The notes: generated by a model not told the origin, from the letters alone. A stretch of DNA of 64,000 bases from an uncultured Chthonomonadaceae bacterium (GCA_963817895.1 CAWFQB010000011.1:160001-224000), one strand, 5' to 3'; shown: positions 22,039-31,809, numbered from the stretch's first letter. A program made the numbers and translations.

Positions 22039-24588
22039 ATGTCTACGCCGCAGTCGGAGTTTTTTGTGATCGGCATTACCCATGTAGACCTCGCGTGGAA
22101 GCGGGGGCGCGCGGAAATGTCGGAGATGCTGGAACTGGTTGTGATCCGCCTGCTGGATGCGCTTGAACACAACCCTGAATTCAAGTATCTCATCGAACAG
22201 GCGGCGCACTTTCGGGAACTTCAGAAGCGGCGTCCCGATCTGGTGGAACGGCTGCGGCCCTTCCTTGCGTCTGGCCGACTTGAGTTTGTGGGCGGCATGG
22301 CCTCCACGCTGGAGTGTAATCTGCCCGATGGCGAGTGCTTTGTCCGTAATCAACACATGGGCCTCGAATGGGTACGCGAAACATGGGGCGTTGCGGTTGA
22401 GACGGGCTGGCTCGTGGATACGTTCGGCATCCACGCGCAAATGCCGCAGTTGATGCGGGGCTTCGGACTTGCGCAGGCGATGGCAAACCGTTTCGGCGGC
22501 AGCCATACACGCGACCTGTTTCTGGCGCGGGGGCTGGACGGCAGCGAAATCACCGTTGCGGGATGGGGGACGTATGCCGCCTACATTCACCCGGAAAACC
22601 TGAGCTGGCGCTTTTGCAAGAATTGGGATGACATTGAAAGCTGTTTCGATAAAGCCGACTATCTGACCGGCCCCGGCCCGTATATGGTACTGCCCTACAC
22701 GGAAAACGAGATGCCGGTCAGCCTGCGCCCGCAGCAGATTGTGGAGCAACGCCGCCGCGAACGCCCCGAACAAATCTGGCGAACGGCCACGCCACGCGAG
22801 TTTTTTGACGCGCTGACGAAGACCGGGCGAAACCTGCCGGTAGTAGATAGCGACCTGAACCCGGAGTTTACAGGCTGTTTTTCCTTGCGCCATACCCTCC
22901 GCCTGCGCAACCGCCGCGTGGAAACTCGCCTGCTGGAAGCCGAGAAATGGGCCGCGCTTGCCAATTGGAACGGGGGCGCGGAGACTCTGGAAGAAGCGTG
23001 GTGGCAACTGGCGTATGTGCAGTTCCACGATGTGTTCACCGGGTCGCATCCAACTGCTGTTTATGAGGACGCGCTGCGCGTTCTTGATGAAATAGAATCT
23101 GCCGCCAATTCGATTCTCAATGAATCGTTCACCCGGATTGCCCCAGTCCCCTCTGTTTCGGAACCTTCACCTGACGATAATACTGTTTCAGTCCTCGTCT
23201 TCAACGGCCTGCCCTGGGATCGGCAGGACGTTGCCGCCATTCCTCTGCCGCCGGGTTGGATCGGAATTTCCTCCGCAACCGATACCAATGGCACTCCCTG
23301 CGCCTTCGAGGTTCAAGATGGCGTTTGTCGCGCGCTTGTAAACGTACCCGCCACCGCACACAACATGTTACGGTTGGAAGCGGGGGAGTTGTCGGTTCCC
23401 GTTTGTCACGCCGCCGAAACAGGCGCGCTGGAGATACCTCACCCCAACCCCTCTCCTGGCCGCTCCTTCGTCGCTAAGAGAGGGGCTTTTCATGCTCTAA
23501 GCGCAACGGAGTTCATGGAAGTTGTTCTGGAAAACGAGTGGATTCGCGTGGAATTTGATACGGTATGGGGAATAGGAAAACTGGTCTGGAAGCCGACGAA
23601 TATGGTTCTGCTGGAAAACGCCGGTAGCTGGCTGGTGGCGCAGCGCGATGACGGCAACTTTCAGATTGAGAATCCTGCCGGCCCGGAAGTGGCGGCAGCA
23701 AGCGGAACCCTGCGACTGCAAAGCCAGGAATCGTTGATGGGACAAACCGCGCGTTTAAGCGGAGAGTTTCCCCCGCTGGCATGGGCGGGATCGGAAAACG
23801 CCCTGAAATGGGAGGCCGCGTTCTTCCTGCCTGCCCACCGCCCCGAACTGCGCCTTGCCCTGACGCTGGACTGGAAAGGGGAAGCAACCCGCCTGCGCCT
23901 GACGCTCCCGACCTGTCTGGACACCTCCACTGGCATCTATGAAATACCGTTCGGGGTTGCGCGGCGCAAACCGTATTCGCCGCGAACCAACGCCAAAGGG
24001 GAGTGGCCCGCGCGCCGTTTTGTTGCGCTGGAGAGTGACGGACACGGCATCGCTTTGGTAAATACGGGCGTGGGCGGCGTTGAAGTGAGCGGCGGAACGC
24101 TGTACACCACGCTGCTGCGCGCTCCGCGTGGAGAATACTCCGGCATGGTGGCGGACGCGACCTCCTCGCAGCATGGACGGCATCAGTACGAGTTCGCCCT
24201 GCTCCCTTACGCGGGTTCGTGGGCAGACGCAAAGGTAGTTTGTTACCCGCAGGAGTGTAACAACCCGCTGCTGGCGGATGTTCGCGTTGGCCCTGATTTG
24301 CGAACGTCCGCAACCTCCTTTTTGCGGCTGACACCTGACAACGTTGTGCTGGCCGGGATCAAGGCGGCGGATGGCAGGAGTGACCGCATTATCCGCGTAT
24401 ACGAGACGGCAGGCCGGGAAACCGAATGTCAGATGCAGTTCGCCGGGGAATGGCTTGTCCACGTCTGCGACCTGCGCGAAAACACCCATTCGCCAGGAAC
24501 GCCGGCAAACGGCGAGTTGCGCTTCCAACTGCGCCCCTTTGAAATTCAAACCTTTCGCCTATCATCCCCTGAACGCGCAAATGGTTAG
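22039..24588 (+). CDS. Glycoside hydrolase family 38 (alpha-mannosidase-like)
   Basis: 'THVDLAW', 'GWLVDTFG..AQMPQ', 'QFHDVFTGS' and the C-terminal 'LRPFEIQTF'. Confidence 0.88.
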   Translation: MSTPQSEFFVIGITHVDLAWKRGRAEMSEMLELVVIRLLDALEHNPEFKYLIEQAAHFRELQKRRPDLVERLRPFLASGRLEFVGGMASTLECNLPDGECFVRNQHMGLEWVRETWGVAVETGWLVDTFGIHAQMPQLMRGFGLAQAMANRFGGSHTRDLFLARGLDGSEITVAGWGTYAAYIHPENLSWRFCKNWDDIESCFDKADYLTGPGPYMVLPYTENEMPVSLRPQQIVEQRRRERPEQIWRTATPREFFDALTKTGRNLPVVDSDLNPEFTGCFSLRHTLRLRNRRVETRLLEAEKWAALANWNGGAETLEEAWWQLAYVQFHDVFTGSHPTAVYEDALRVLDEIESAANSILNESFTRIAPVPSVSEPSPDDNTVSVLVFNGLPWDRQDVAAIPLPPGWIGISSATDTNGTPCAFEVQDGVCRALVNVPATAHNMLRLEAGELSVPVCHAAETGALEIPHPNPSPGRSFVAKRGAFHALSATEFMEVVLENEWIRVEFDTVWGIGKLVWKPTNMVLLENAGSWLVAQRDDGNFQIENPAGPEVAAASGTLRLQSQESLMGQTARLSGEFPPLAWAGSENALKWEAAFFLPAHRPELRLALTLDWKGEATRLRLTLPTCLDTSTGIYEIPFGVARRKPYSPRTNAKGEWPARRFVALESDGHGIALVNTGVGGVEVSGGTLYTTLLRAPRGEYSGMVADATSSQHGRHQYEFALLPYAGSWADAKVVCYPQECNNPLLADVRVGPDLRTSATSFLRLTPDNVVLAGIKAADGRSDRIIRVYETAGRETECQMQFAGEWLVHVCDLRENTHSPGTPANGELRFQLRPFEIQTFRLSSPERANG

Positions 24589-24727
24589 AGCCTGTTTCGC
24601 ATGGCCCTCAAACCCTGACTCTCCTCTCCAACTTTCCGAATTGAAGAATTTTTGCCATATGCCTTTCCGGTCTTTTCGCGTATGTGGGAGTAGGGGTTTG
24701 AGAGCAAACAAATCTTGAGGAGAAAAT

Positions 24728-25105
24728 ATGTCCAAAGCAGTCGTGTTTCAGAGCGCGCATCCCATCGGGGATACGGATACTTCCGCGCTTCCCGTAAAAG
24801 ACATTGGCCCCGCTATCGGCTACTACACGCAGGTACTCGGTTTTCAGGTCGTGGAGAAGCAGAGCGAAACAGCCGTTCTTCAGCGCGACGAGGTGAAAAT
24901 CGGACTGGCCCGTAACAACGCCGACCCCGAACAGGCCAGTTGTTATTTTGCCGTGAGCGACGTGGAAGCATTGCGTCAGGAACTGCAAGACAAGGGCATC
25001 GAACCCTCGGAACTGCGCGTGGACGAGCATGGCGGCAAACGCTACCGCATCTTTTTTGCCAAAGAACCCTACGGCGTCTGCTTCTGTTTCGGGCAACCGG
25101 AATAA
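24728..25105 (+). CDS. VOC/glyoxalase family protein
   Basis: 'LPVKDI..AI.YYTQVLGF' and 'CYFAVSDVEAL..EL'; GAGGAG RBS. Confidence 0.85.
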   Translation: MSKAVVFQSAHPIGDTDTSALPVKDIGPAIGYYTQVLGFQVVEKQSETAVLQRDEVKIGLARNNADPEQASCYFAVSDVEALRQELQDKGIEPSELRVDEHGGKRYRIFFAKEPYGVCFCFGQPE

Positions 25106-25222
25106 CACTGTGGTCAGGCGAACAAAACCGGACAAGTGAACAGGACAATATCCTACGATAGCGTCCTGTTTGGATTGGTTACATGGTTGCCGAAGCAGTA
25201 ACTCCTGCTGTGGTAATGACAA

Positions 25223-25726
25223 TTAACGCAACGAGGAGAGAAAAGATGTGGCTTCTTGCGCTGTCAATGCCTCCGGGTTCAGCGTCTGTAAGCCTTCACC
25301 ATGAGCCGCTCGTATCAAGCGCAGGTCCGCCGTCACCAGAATACGCGAGGGGCTGCCTTCAGGCAAACTCGCCTGAAACTCAAGAAAAGTGGTGAGCAGT
25401 GTCGTATCCACAGAATTCAGGTTGTGCGCTCGGATGTAGGCAAAACTCGCCATCACCAAATCATCGCTGATACTCAACAAATCAAAGTCCTGTGAATGAA
25501 CGATTTCGTTGTACAATGCGGATATGGCCGCTTCGAGATCAACCGCGCTCATCCGGCCTGAGTTGTGCCTGCGAACCAGAATGGCGTAGGTTTCCGTGCA
25601 GCCCCAAAATGTGCCAATCATCGTTGGGCGCGGCGTACAGGAGAAAAGCGCATTTGTCGTTTCTGAGCCGATTTCCGGGACATAGCGCGTCACAAGTCCA
25701 CAAGCGTCCCACAGCAAAATAGGCAT
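25223..25726 (-). CDS. vapC: PIN-domain VapC-like toxin
   Basis: 'LLWDAC.LV.RY..E.GS', a conserved Glu, 'NLNSVD' and 'LVTADLRL..AA..EGL'. Confidence 0.78.
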   Translation of the reverse strand: MPILLWDACGLVTRYVPEIGSETTNALFSCTPRPTMIGTFWGCTETYAILVRRHNSGRMSAVDLEAAISALYNEIVHSQDFDLLSISDDLVMASFAYIRAHNLNSVDTTLLTTFLEFQASLPEGSPSRILVTADLRLIRAAHGEGLQTLNPEALTAQEATSFLSSLR

Positions 25727-25959
25727 TAGCCTTCTTTTTCAACGGGCATGTGTCGTTCCCGCTCACGAATGATCTCGCAGGAGAGTTCATTGTCTTCCGG
25801 TCGGACGCCGCTTGCCAATTGCTGCTGCTGTGCCTGCAAAGCTGTTGCAGTGGGATCAATGACGATGCCAAGCCGTTGATTGATTCCGTCCAGAAGCGCG
25901 CGGACACGCGTTTTATCCATCACCAGAGAACGCTCTGGTGTTTCAGTTTGAGCGGACAT
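25726..25959 (-). CDS. Putative antitoxin of the PIN toxin
   Basis: Small gene overlapping the toxin start; C-terminal 'LSCEIIRERE' typical of VapB tails; GGAG RBS. Confidence 0.65.
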   Translation of the reverse strand: MSAQTETPERSLVMDKTRVRALLDGINQRLGIVIDPTATALQAQQQQLASGVRPEDNELSCEIIRERERHMPVEKEG

Positions 25960-26245
25960 ATACTTTCTCCTTATCCTCATAACTTCCACAAGTTTATTAT
26001 AGCATAGCTTCAAAGAAAAGCTCTGATAGGAGGAGGCTGTCCCGGACTGCCGAACAAAAAATTCAGATAACCGGGTAAGATATTGTTGATATTCAGGCGA
26101 CGAGATGTGAACACCCGTTGGAGAACAGCGATGGCGCTTCCGGGTTGCCTTGCATCCGGTGATGCCCGTTTGTAAACGCCCTTGAGTAGGGAAAGCGAAG
26201 AACGATGCGGAAGAAACAGTATTACAGCACACGGAGGAAGACGCC

Positions 26246-26695
26246 GTGAATACGTTCGCCTGGACGGTGCGAGTTCGCGCCGACGCTTCCCGAACCTGCA
26301 CGGTTCATGCCCGCAACCACGCCTTTGCCGTAGGCGACCCGCTGAGTTTTCGCCCCACCGATGCCCTTCCCTCCGCTATCGAACTGATGATGGGCGCATT
26401 TGCCGCCGACCTGACCGCCACCTTCCGCGCCCTTGCCGCCAAACAACGCCTGCCGCTCGACGCCCTTGAATTCTCCGCCACCTGTTCGCTGAACAATCCT
26501 CTTGTTCATGTCGGCGTCATCGGCGAAGCGGGCCATCCCGGTATCGAACGCATTGAGGGGACGCTTTATGTCTCCTCCGATGCCGAAGAGTCCGAACTGG
26601 CCGCGCTCTGGGAAACAACTCTGACCCGATCCCCGCTTTACAATACGCTGTGCCATTCCGTCGAACTCGTTCTGCGTATGCAGCCGACCAATTAA
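26246..26695 (+). CDS. OsmC-fold protein lacking the canonical catalytic cysteines
   Basis: 'PSAIELMMGAFAADL' and 'RSPLYNTL' at the positions of the two OsmC/Ohr Cys motifs. Confidence 0.75.
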   Translation: MNTFAWTVRVRADASRTCTVHARNHAFAVGDPLSFRPTDALPSAIELMMGAFAADLTATFRALAAKQRLPLDALEFSATCSLNNPLVHVGVIGEAGHPGIERIEGTLYVSSDAEESELAALWETTLTRSPLYNTLCHSVELVLRMQPTN

Positions 26696-26704
26696 AACAA
26701 GCGT

Positions 26705-26737
26705 CAGCGCGAACAATCGTGTTCGCGCTGCCTTTTT
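26705..26737 (+). terminator. Hairpin plus U-tract between the osmC-like and ACAD genes
   Basis: cagcgcgaaca-atcg-tgttcgcgctg-cctttttg. Confidence 0.6.
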
Positions 26738-26756
26738 GACCCAACAGGAGTAATTT

Positions 26757-27908
26757 TTGTACCGATTAACTGAAGAACAGTACGCCATTGTCGAGAAAGC
26801 GCGGCAAGTTGGCGATGAAGCGATTGCGCCCTATGCCGCTGACGTGGACAGTGAAAGCCGCTTTCCCGCTGAAGCGATGGATGCGCTGGGTAAATCCGGC
26901 CTGCTCGGTCTGACCGTTCCCACAGAGTACGGCGGCATGGGGCAGGGTTTGCGCGTGTCGGCTGCCATTCTGGACCAGATCGCCCAACGCGACGCTTCCG
27001 TGGGCATGATTACCCTGATGCACTTTTGCGGACTTGCCTGCTATGCTTCCGCGCCCCAACTCTCCGCGCAAAACCTGCGCTCTGCCGCACTGGGACAGCA
27101 TCTGTCCACGCTGGCATGGAGTGAAAAGGGTTCGCGCAGCCATTTCTGGGCGCCGGTCAGCCAGGCGGCGCAACAGGATGGACACGTCACGCTTAACGCG
27201 GAAAAGTCCTGGGTCACATCGGCGGGATACGCGGACGGCTATGTGGTTTCCACGCGCTCGCCCCAATCCACCGGCCCGACAGATACGGTTCTGTACCTCG
27301 TTTATAAAGGGGAGGATGGCGTGGCGACGAGCGGCGCGTGGGACTCGCTCGGACTGCGCGGCAACAGCAGCGCGCCGATGAAGTTTCAGGATTACGCGAT
27401 TCCTGCCGACCGGGCGTTTTGCGAACCGGGCAAGGGCTTCGAGGTTATGCTCGGCGTGGTTCTGCCCGTATTTCAGCTTGGAAACGCCGCGATTTCCGTA
27501 GGAATTTGTGAGGCGGCGGTTCAGGCGACCACGCAGCACCTGACGGGCAAGCGTTTTGAACATCTGGACAGCAAACTGGCCGACCTGCCGAACCTCCGCG
27601 CCCGCCTCGCCAAAATGCGGATTGAAACTGACCGCGCCCGCGCCCATCTCGTCAGTGCCCTTGATGCCGTAGAGTCGTCTGCCCCCAACGCCATGCTCAT
27701 GGTGCTGGAATCCAAAGCGGCGGCGGCGGAAAGCGCGATCCTCGTCACCGATCTTGGGATGCAGGCGTGTGGCGGCGCGGCCTTCAGCAAACACCTGAGT
27801 ATGGAGCGCAACTTCCGCGATGCGCGGGCGGCCAGCGTGATGGCCCCCACAACGGACGTGCTGCACGAGTTCATAGGCCGCGCCCTGTGCGGCATGGAAT
27901 TATTCTGA
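26757..27908 (+). CDS. Acyl-CoA dehydrogenase-fold flavoprotein
   Basis: 'VPTEYGGMG', 'LAWSEKGS', 'KSWVTS', 'LGLRGNSS' and 'GGAAF......ERNFRDARA'. Confidence 0.88.
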   Translation: MYRLTEEQYAIVEKARQVGDEAIAPYAADVDSESRFPAEAMDALGKSGLLGLTVPTEYGGMGQGLRVSAAILDQIAQRDASVGMITLMHFCGLACYASAPQLSAQNLRSAALGQHLSTLAWSEKGSRSHFWAPVSQAAQQDGHVTLNAEKSWVTSAGYADGYVVSTRSPQSTGPTDTVLYLVYKGEDGVATSGAWDSLGLRGNSSAPMKFQDYAIPADRAFCEPGKGFEVMLGVVLPVFQLGNAAISVGICEAAVQATTQHLTGKRFEHLDSKLADLPNLRARLAKMRIETDRARAHLVSALDAVESSAPNAMLMVLESKAAAAESAILVTDLGMQACGGAAFSKHLSMERNFRDARAASVMAPTTDVLHEFIGRALCGMELF

Positions 27909-27920
27909 AGGAGTAAGTAA

Positions 27921-28745
27921 GTGAAAGAACCAATGTTGGTGGGCGCGGTGGTGTATGATCCCAAAGTGGTGGTGATATGGGAAATTATCAAGGATTTCTT
28001 CGAGACCGCTGGCTGCCCGATGGATTATATTTTCTTCAGTAACTACGAATTGCAGGTGAAAGCTTTGCTGGACGGCACAATTCACGTCGCGTGGAATTCG
28101 CCCCTCGCCTGGCTGGACGCGCAGGGGCGTTCGGGGCAAACGTGTCGGGCCATTGCCATGCGCGATACCGACCGCGACCGCGTTTCGCATATCATCACGC
28201 CAACGGACAGCCCGGTTCGCAGTCTGTCCGACCTTGCGGGCAAGACCCTCGCGACCGGAGCGAAAGACTCGCCGCAGGCCACGCTGATTCCGCTCGGACT
28301 GCTACAGCGGCACGGACTGGAACCGGGACGCGACGTGCAGGTGAAACGCTTTGATGTGCTTATCGGCAAGCACGGCGACCATATCGGCGGGGAAAAGGAC
28401 GCGCTTCATGCCATGCAAACCGGGGAGGCCGACGCCTGCGCTATGCTGGATTTGAACTGGCAACTCTGGACAGCCGATGGCACGATTGATTCCACCCGTT
28501 ACCGCGTACTGGCGACAACCGACCATTTCGACCATTGCGTGTTTACGGTTCGGGAGAATCTGCCCGAAACTCTTCTGCAACCCTGGCTGGAAACCCTGTA
28601 TTCCATGAGCTACGACAACCCCGCGCATCGGGAAATGATGGACATGGAGGGCCTTAAAGCCTGGCTGCCCGGACGTGTCAGCGGGTTTACAGCGCTTGCC
28701 GACGCGGTGCAACGGCAGCAGTTCTTTGCGGGAGAAAGCCTGTGA
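27921..28745 (+). CDS. PhnD/SsuA-fold ligand-binding protein without a signal peptide
   Basis: 'GAVVYDPKVVVIW', 'AWNSPLAW', 'MRDTDRD', 'DSPQATLIP', 'GKHGDHIGGE' and 'FDHC'. Confidence 0.8.
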   Translation: MKEPMLVGAVVYDPKVVVIWEIIKDFFETAGCPMDYIFFSNYELQVKALLDGTIHVAWNSPLAWLDAQGRSGQTCRAIAMRDTDRDRVSHIITPTDSPVRSLSDLAGKTLATGAKDSPQATLIPLGLLQRHGLEPGRDVQVKRFDVLIGKHGDHIGGEKDALHAMQTGEADACAMLDLNWQLWTADGTIDSTRYRVLATTDHFDHCVFTVRENLPETLLQPWLETLYSMSYDNPAHREMMDMEGLKAWLPGRVSGFTALADAVQRQQFFAGESL

Positions 28746-29893
28746 AAACTCTTCCCCTGTTTCCCGTTACCACTGTGGGCAGCCTGCCCCGTCCGACTGC
28801 CCTGCTGCGCGCGCTCAAAGCCAGGCGGCGCGGCGACCTGTCGGAAGCCGACTTCGACCGGGTTGCGGATGAAGCCGTTTTGGACGCGCTGCGCCTACAG
28901 GAAGCGGCGGGCGTGGACATTGTGACGGATGGCGAACAGCGCCGCGACAACTTCTACTCGTTCGTGTCCGAAAAACTGGACGGCATTCGCCTGATGTCGC
29001 TGGCAGAAATGCTGGATTACGTGGAGGACAAAGCGGGCTTCGAGAAACTGCTGCAAACGCTGGATGTCCCCGCGTATTCTATCAACAACCCGACCTGCGT
29101 GGGCAAATTGGCGCGGCGCAAACCATTAGCGTTGGAAGAACTAACGTTTCTCCAACGCCATACGGAAAAGCCCGTCAAGGTGGCGCTTCCCGGTCCCTAT
29201 CTGCTCACCCGCGCCTTGTGGGTTCCCGAAATCACGGGCAAGGCGTATGCCGATAAGGAGGCGGTGGCCGAGGACGTGGTACACATTCTGCGGGAAGAGG
29301 CGTTCGCGTTGCGGGAAGCGGGCGCGGACTTCATTCAGTTCGATGAGCCGGTGCTGACGGAACTGGTGTTCACGCAGGGGCAAACGCGGACATTCATGTG
29401 CGCCGCGCTTGCCGCCCGCAACGACCCGGCGGAAGAACTGGAATTCGCCATCAGCCTGCTCAACCGCGTGGTGGAGGGGTTGGAAGGAATTCGGATCGGC
29501 CTGCATGTCTGTAGGGGCAACTGGAGCCGCAACGAGGCGACATTGCTGCGGGGAAACTACGCCCCGCTCGCGCCCTGGTTCGCCCGTCTGAATGTGCAGC
29601 AACTGGTGCTGGAATACGCCACGCCCCGTGCGGGAGAGATACTGGCGTTCGGGGATAAAGAGATAGGTCTGGGCGTCGTAAATCCCCGCACGGACGAAAT
29701 TGAAACCGTGGAAGCCATCACCGCCCGCATCCAAAACGCCTTGCCCTTGATCCCCATAGAAAAATTGTTCTTAAACCCGGACTGCGGCTTCGGAACCTTT
29801 TCCGCCCGTCCCATGAACGACAACGCGCATGTGGAAGCGAAATTGAAAGCGCTCTGTAAGGCCGCGCGGAACCTGCGGGAAAGCATTGGATGA
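28742..29893 (+). CDS. Cobalamin-independent methionine synthase II family (single-barrel 'core' type)
   Basis: 'TTVGSLPRP', 'TDGEQRR', 'QFDEP', and Zn ligands 'LHVCRGN' and 'NPDCGFG'. Confidence 0.88.
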   Translation: MKTLPLFPVTTVGSLPRPTALLRALKARRRGDLSEADFDRVADEAVLDALRLQEAAGVDIVTDGEQRRDNFYSFVSEKLDGIRLMSLAEMLDYVEDKAGFEKLLQTLDVPAYSINNPTCVGKLARRKPLALEELTFLQRHTEKPVKVALPGPYLLTRALWVPEITGKAYADKEAVAEDVVHILREEAFALREAGADFIQFDEPVLTELVFTQGQTRTFMCAALAARNDPAEELEFAISLLNRVVEGLEGIRIGLHVCRGNWSRNEATLLRGNYAPLAPWFARLNVQQLVLEYATPRAGEILAFGDKEIGLGVVNPRTDEIETVEAITARIQNALPLIPIEKLFLNPDCGFGTFSARPMNDNAHVEAKLKALCKAARNLRESIG

Positions 29894-30003
29894 AATAGAT
29901 GTCAGCATCTTTACGTTCTTCCACTACTAGAGATTAAGCAAGCGGACAGGTAACGCTTGTTTTCTATCTTATTATTTGAAAAGCGCAAAGATGCTCTAGA
30001 TGT

Positions 30004-30702
30004 CTATTTTGATCTGGTTTTCCCTGTATGTTGCTTACGCCTATCCTGAGACTGTTTTTGGCGACGCAGAAGCAAATTGGCTGCGAAGCAGGCTGCGCCT
30101 GTCAACAGGGCAAGCGCGCCGGGTTCGGGAACGGCAGCCCTCGCGCCGAAGGAGAAGCGGTCAATTTGCGTAATGATGACATGTTCGCTTACAGTAACGG
30201 ATAGTGACGAGATAGGCGCAACCGAAGTGAACCCCGCGAACGTTGGGCTACTGGTGGGCGTTACGCAGCCGGTCAATGTAAACGTTTCGCCTGTGGAAAG
30301 GGCAAAGTCGAACGGCGCGGCTCCATCGGCTCCGAAATCCATACCGACCGCAGTGGTGTTTGCAGGCAGATTAATCGTCAGAATACGCGGCCATGTTCCC
30401 TCCCAATGCAGCACGGGACCGTCACCGAGATTATAGTGACGGTCGAAAGCGGGAGCAACGGTGAACAACCTCTGGTTGTTGGAAGTGAAAGTGACGCCGG
30501 CCAGAGTGACGGTTCCGTTGGCATAGCCGCGCGAGGTACTTCCCGCTGGAATCTGGTCATTGAAGTCAATGATTTTCAGCCCCGAAGTGGCGGCCTGAAA
30601 AGAGCCGGGGTTGGTGAACAAAACTACCTGAGCGCGGGAAGTTGCGCCCGAAGAAAGCAGGGCAAGAACAGCGCAAACAGTGTGTAGAGAAAGGCGTACC
30701 AT
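30004..30702 (-). CDS. PEP-CTERM exported protein
   Basis: Signal peptide; C-terminal 'VPEPGALALL...LLLRRQK'. Confidence 0.85.
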   Translation of the reverse strand: MVRLSLHTVCAVLALLSSGATSRAQVVLFTNPGSFQAATSGLKIIDFNDQIPAGSTSRGYANGTVTLAGVTFTSNNQRLFTVAPAFDRHYNLGDGPVLHWEGTWPRILTINLPANTTAVGMDFGADGAAPFDFALSTGETFTLTGCVTPTSSPTFAGFTSVAPISSLSVTVSEHVIITQIDRFSFGARAAVPEPGALALLTGAACFAANLLLRRQKQSQDRRKQHTGKTRSK

Positions 30703-30787
30703 TGTTGTCTCCTTACGCGCGAGTTCCGGCCTGCGGCAGTTTCGCATCTGCCGGAACTCGCGCGAGTTAAACCATTGTACCGGGCAA

Positions 30788-31729
30788 CTACTTCCGCCGT
30801 CGCAACAGCAGGACGCCGAAGACGCCTGCGCCAATGACGAATGTGATTGCGCCGGGTTCGGGAACAGCCGATCCTAATCCTGAAGCGGGCGCAAGGTCGT
30901 CTAAACCGGCGATAGTACCTATGACAGTAGCGGTATTGGCCGCAATGTTGTATTGCAGGACATGGCTATTTCCCCGGCTGGCGATGTAGATATGACCTTG
31001 GCCGTCCGAGGTGATGCCATCAGGGTTCGACAGGATTGCTCCTGTTGGGGAAAGAAAGGTGAAGGCCAGAGTATCGGGATTGAGTTCGAGGATACGGCCA
31101 TTGTTGTAGTCGGCGGCGAATAGCATTCCCGTTACGCTGTCGAACGTCAAGCCATCGAGGAAAACGCCCGTGTTGGCAGACTGCGCGATTATTTTACCGG
31201 TCGTTGGGTCAATACGCTCGACTTTTGAGTTGTTGCTCTGGAAACCGCTGCTCACATTGACAAACAGACGGCTGGCGGTGTCATAAATAATGCCGTCCGG
31301 CCTGCCGCCCAATGACAGCGAACTGCCCTGTGTGCCGCCCGATAGCCGGACGCGCGTAAGGGAATTTGAGGTTGAGTCGCTGACTAGAAAACTCGTCTGG
31401 TTCGGTTCCAGTGCCAGATCAATCGGTGCGCTGAGTCCCGTCGCCAGTACGATATTCGAGTTGTTGCGCGGGTCATACGCCAGCACCCTGCCGTTGTCGA
31501 GTTGCGAGTAGATGATGCGCCCGCTGGAATCAAAGAACAGACTGTCAAGCGGGGCGCCGGTGTTGAAGACGGGGGTAACGACATGCGTGGCGACATTCAC
31601 CGTGTAGATTTGATTTGTGGTGATGGACGTGGCATAGACCGTCTGTGCCCCTGCTGACCGGCAAATTGCCAGCATCGCCAGTAATAAGCCGTAGAAACGC
31701 AACGTCGTTGCGCTCAAAGATCGTTTCAT
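30788..31729 (-). CDS. PEP-CTERM beta-propeller (NHL/SMP-30-like) protein
   Basis: Signal peptide; 'PDGI'/'LDGL' blade repeats; 'VPEPGAITFVIGAGVFGVLLLRRRK'. Confidence 0.87.
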   Translation of the reverse strand: MKRSLSATTLRFYGLLLAMLAICRSAGAQTVYATSITTNQIYTVNVATHVVTPVFNTGAPLDSLFFDSSGRIIYSQLDNGRVLAYDPRNNSNIVLATGLSAPIDLALEPNQTSFLVSDSTSNSLTRVRLSGGTQGSSLSLGGRPDGIIYDTASRLFVNVSSGFQSNNSKVERIDPTTGKIIAQSANTGVFLDGLTFDSVTGMLFAADYNNGRILELNPDTLAFTFLSPTGAILSNPDGITSDGQGHIYIASRGNSHVLQYNIAANTATVIGTIAGLDDLAPASGLGSAVPEPGAITFVIGAGVFGVLLLRRRK

Positions 31730-31809
31730 CCTGTTTTCCTTTTCAACTTCTGAAATGCCTGAGAGAAACCACCCATCCGTCACATACCGGTTTGAGAGCG
31801 AACCACTTC

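Noticed and set aside
25960..26245. SAM or cobalamin riboswitch upstream of the methionine-synthase cassette
   Set aside because: I could not find the conserved SAM-I or B12-box motifs by eye; an Infernal scan would be needed.
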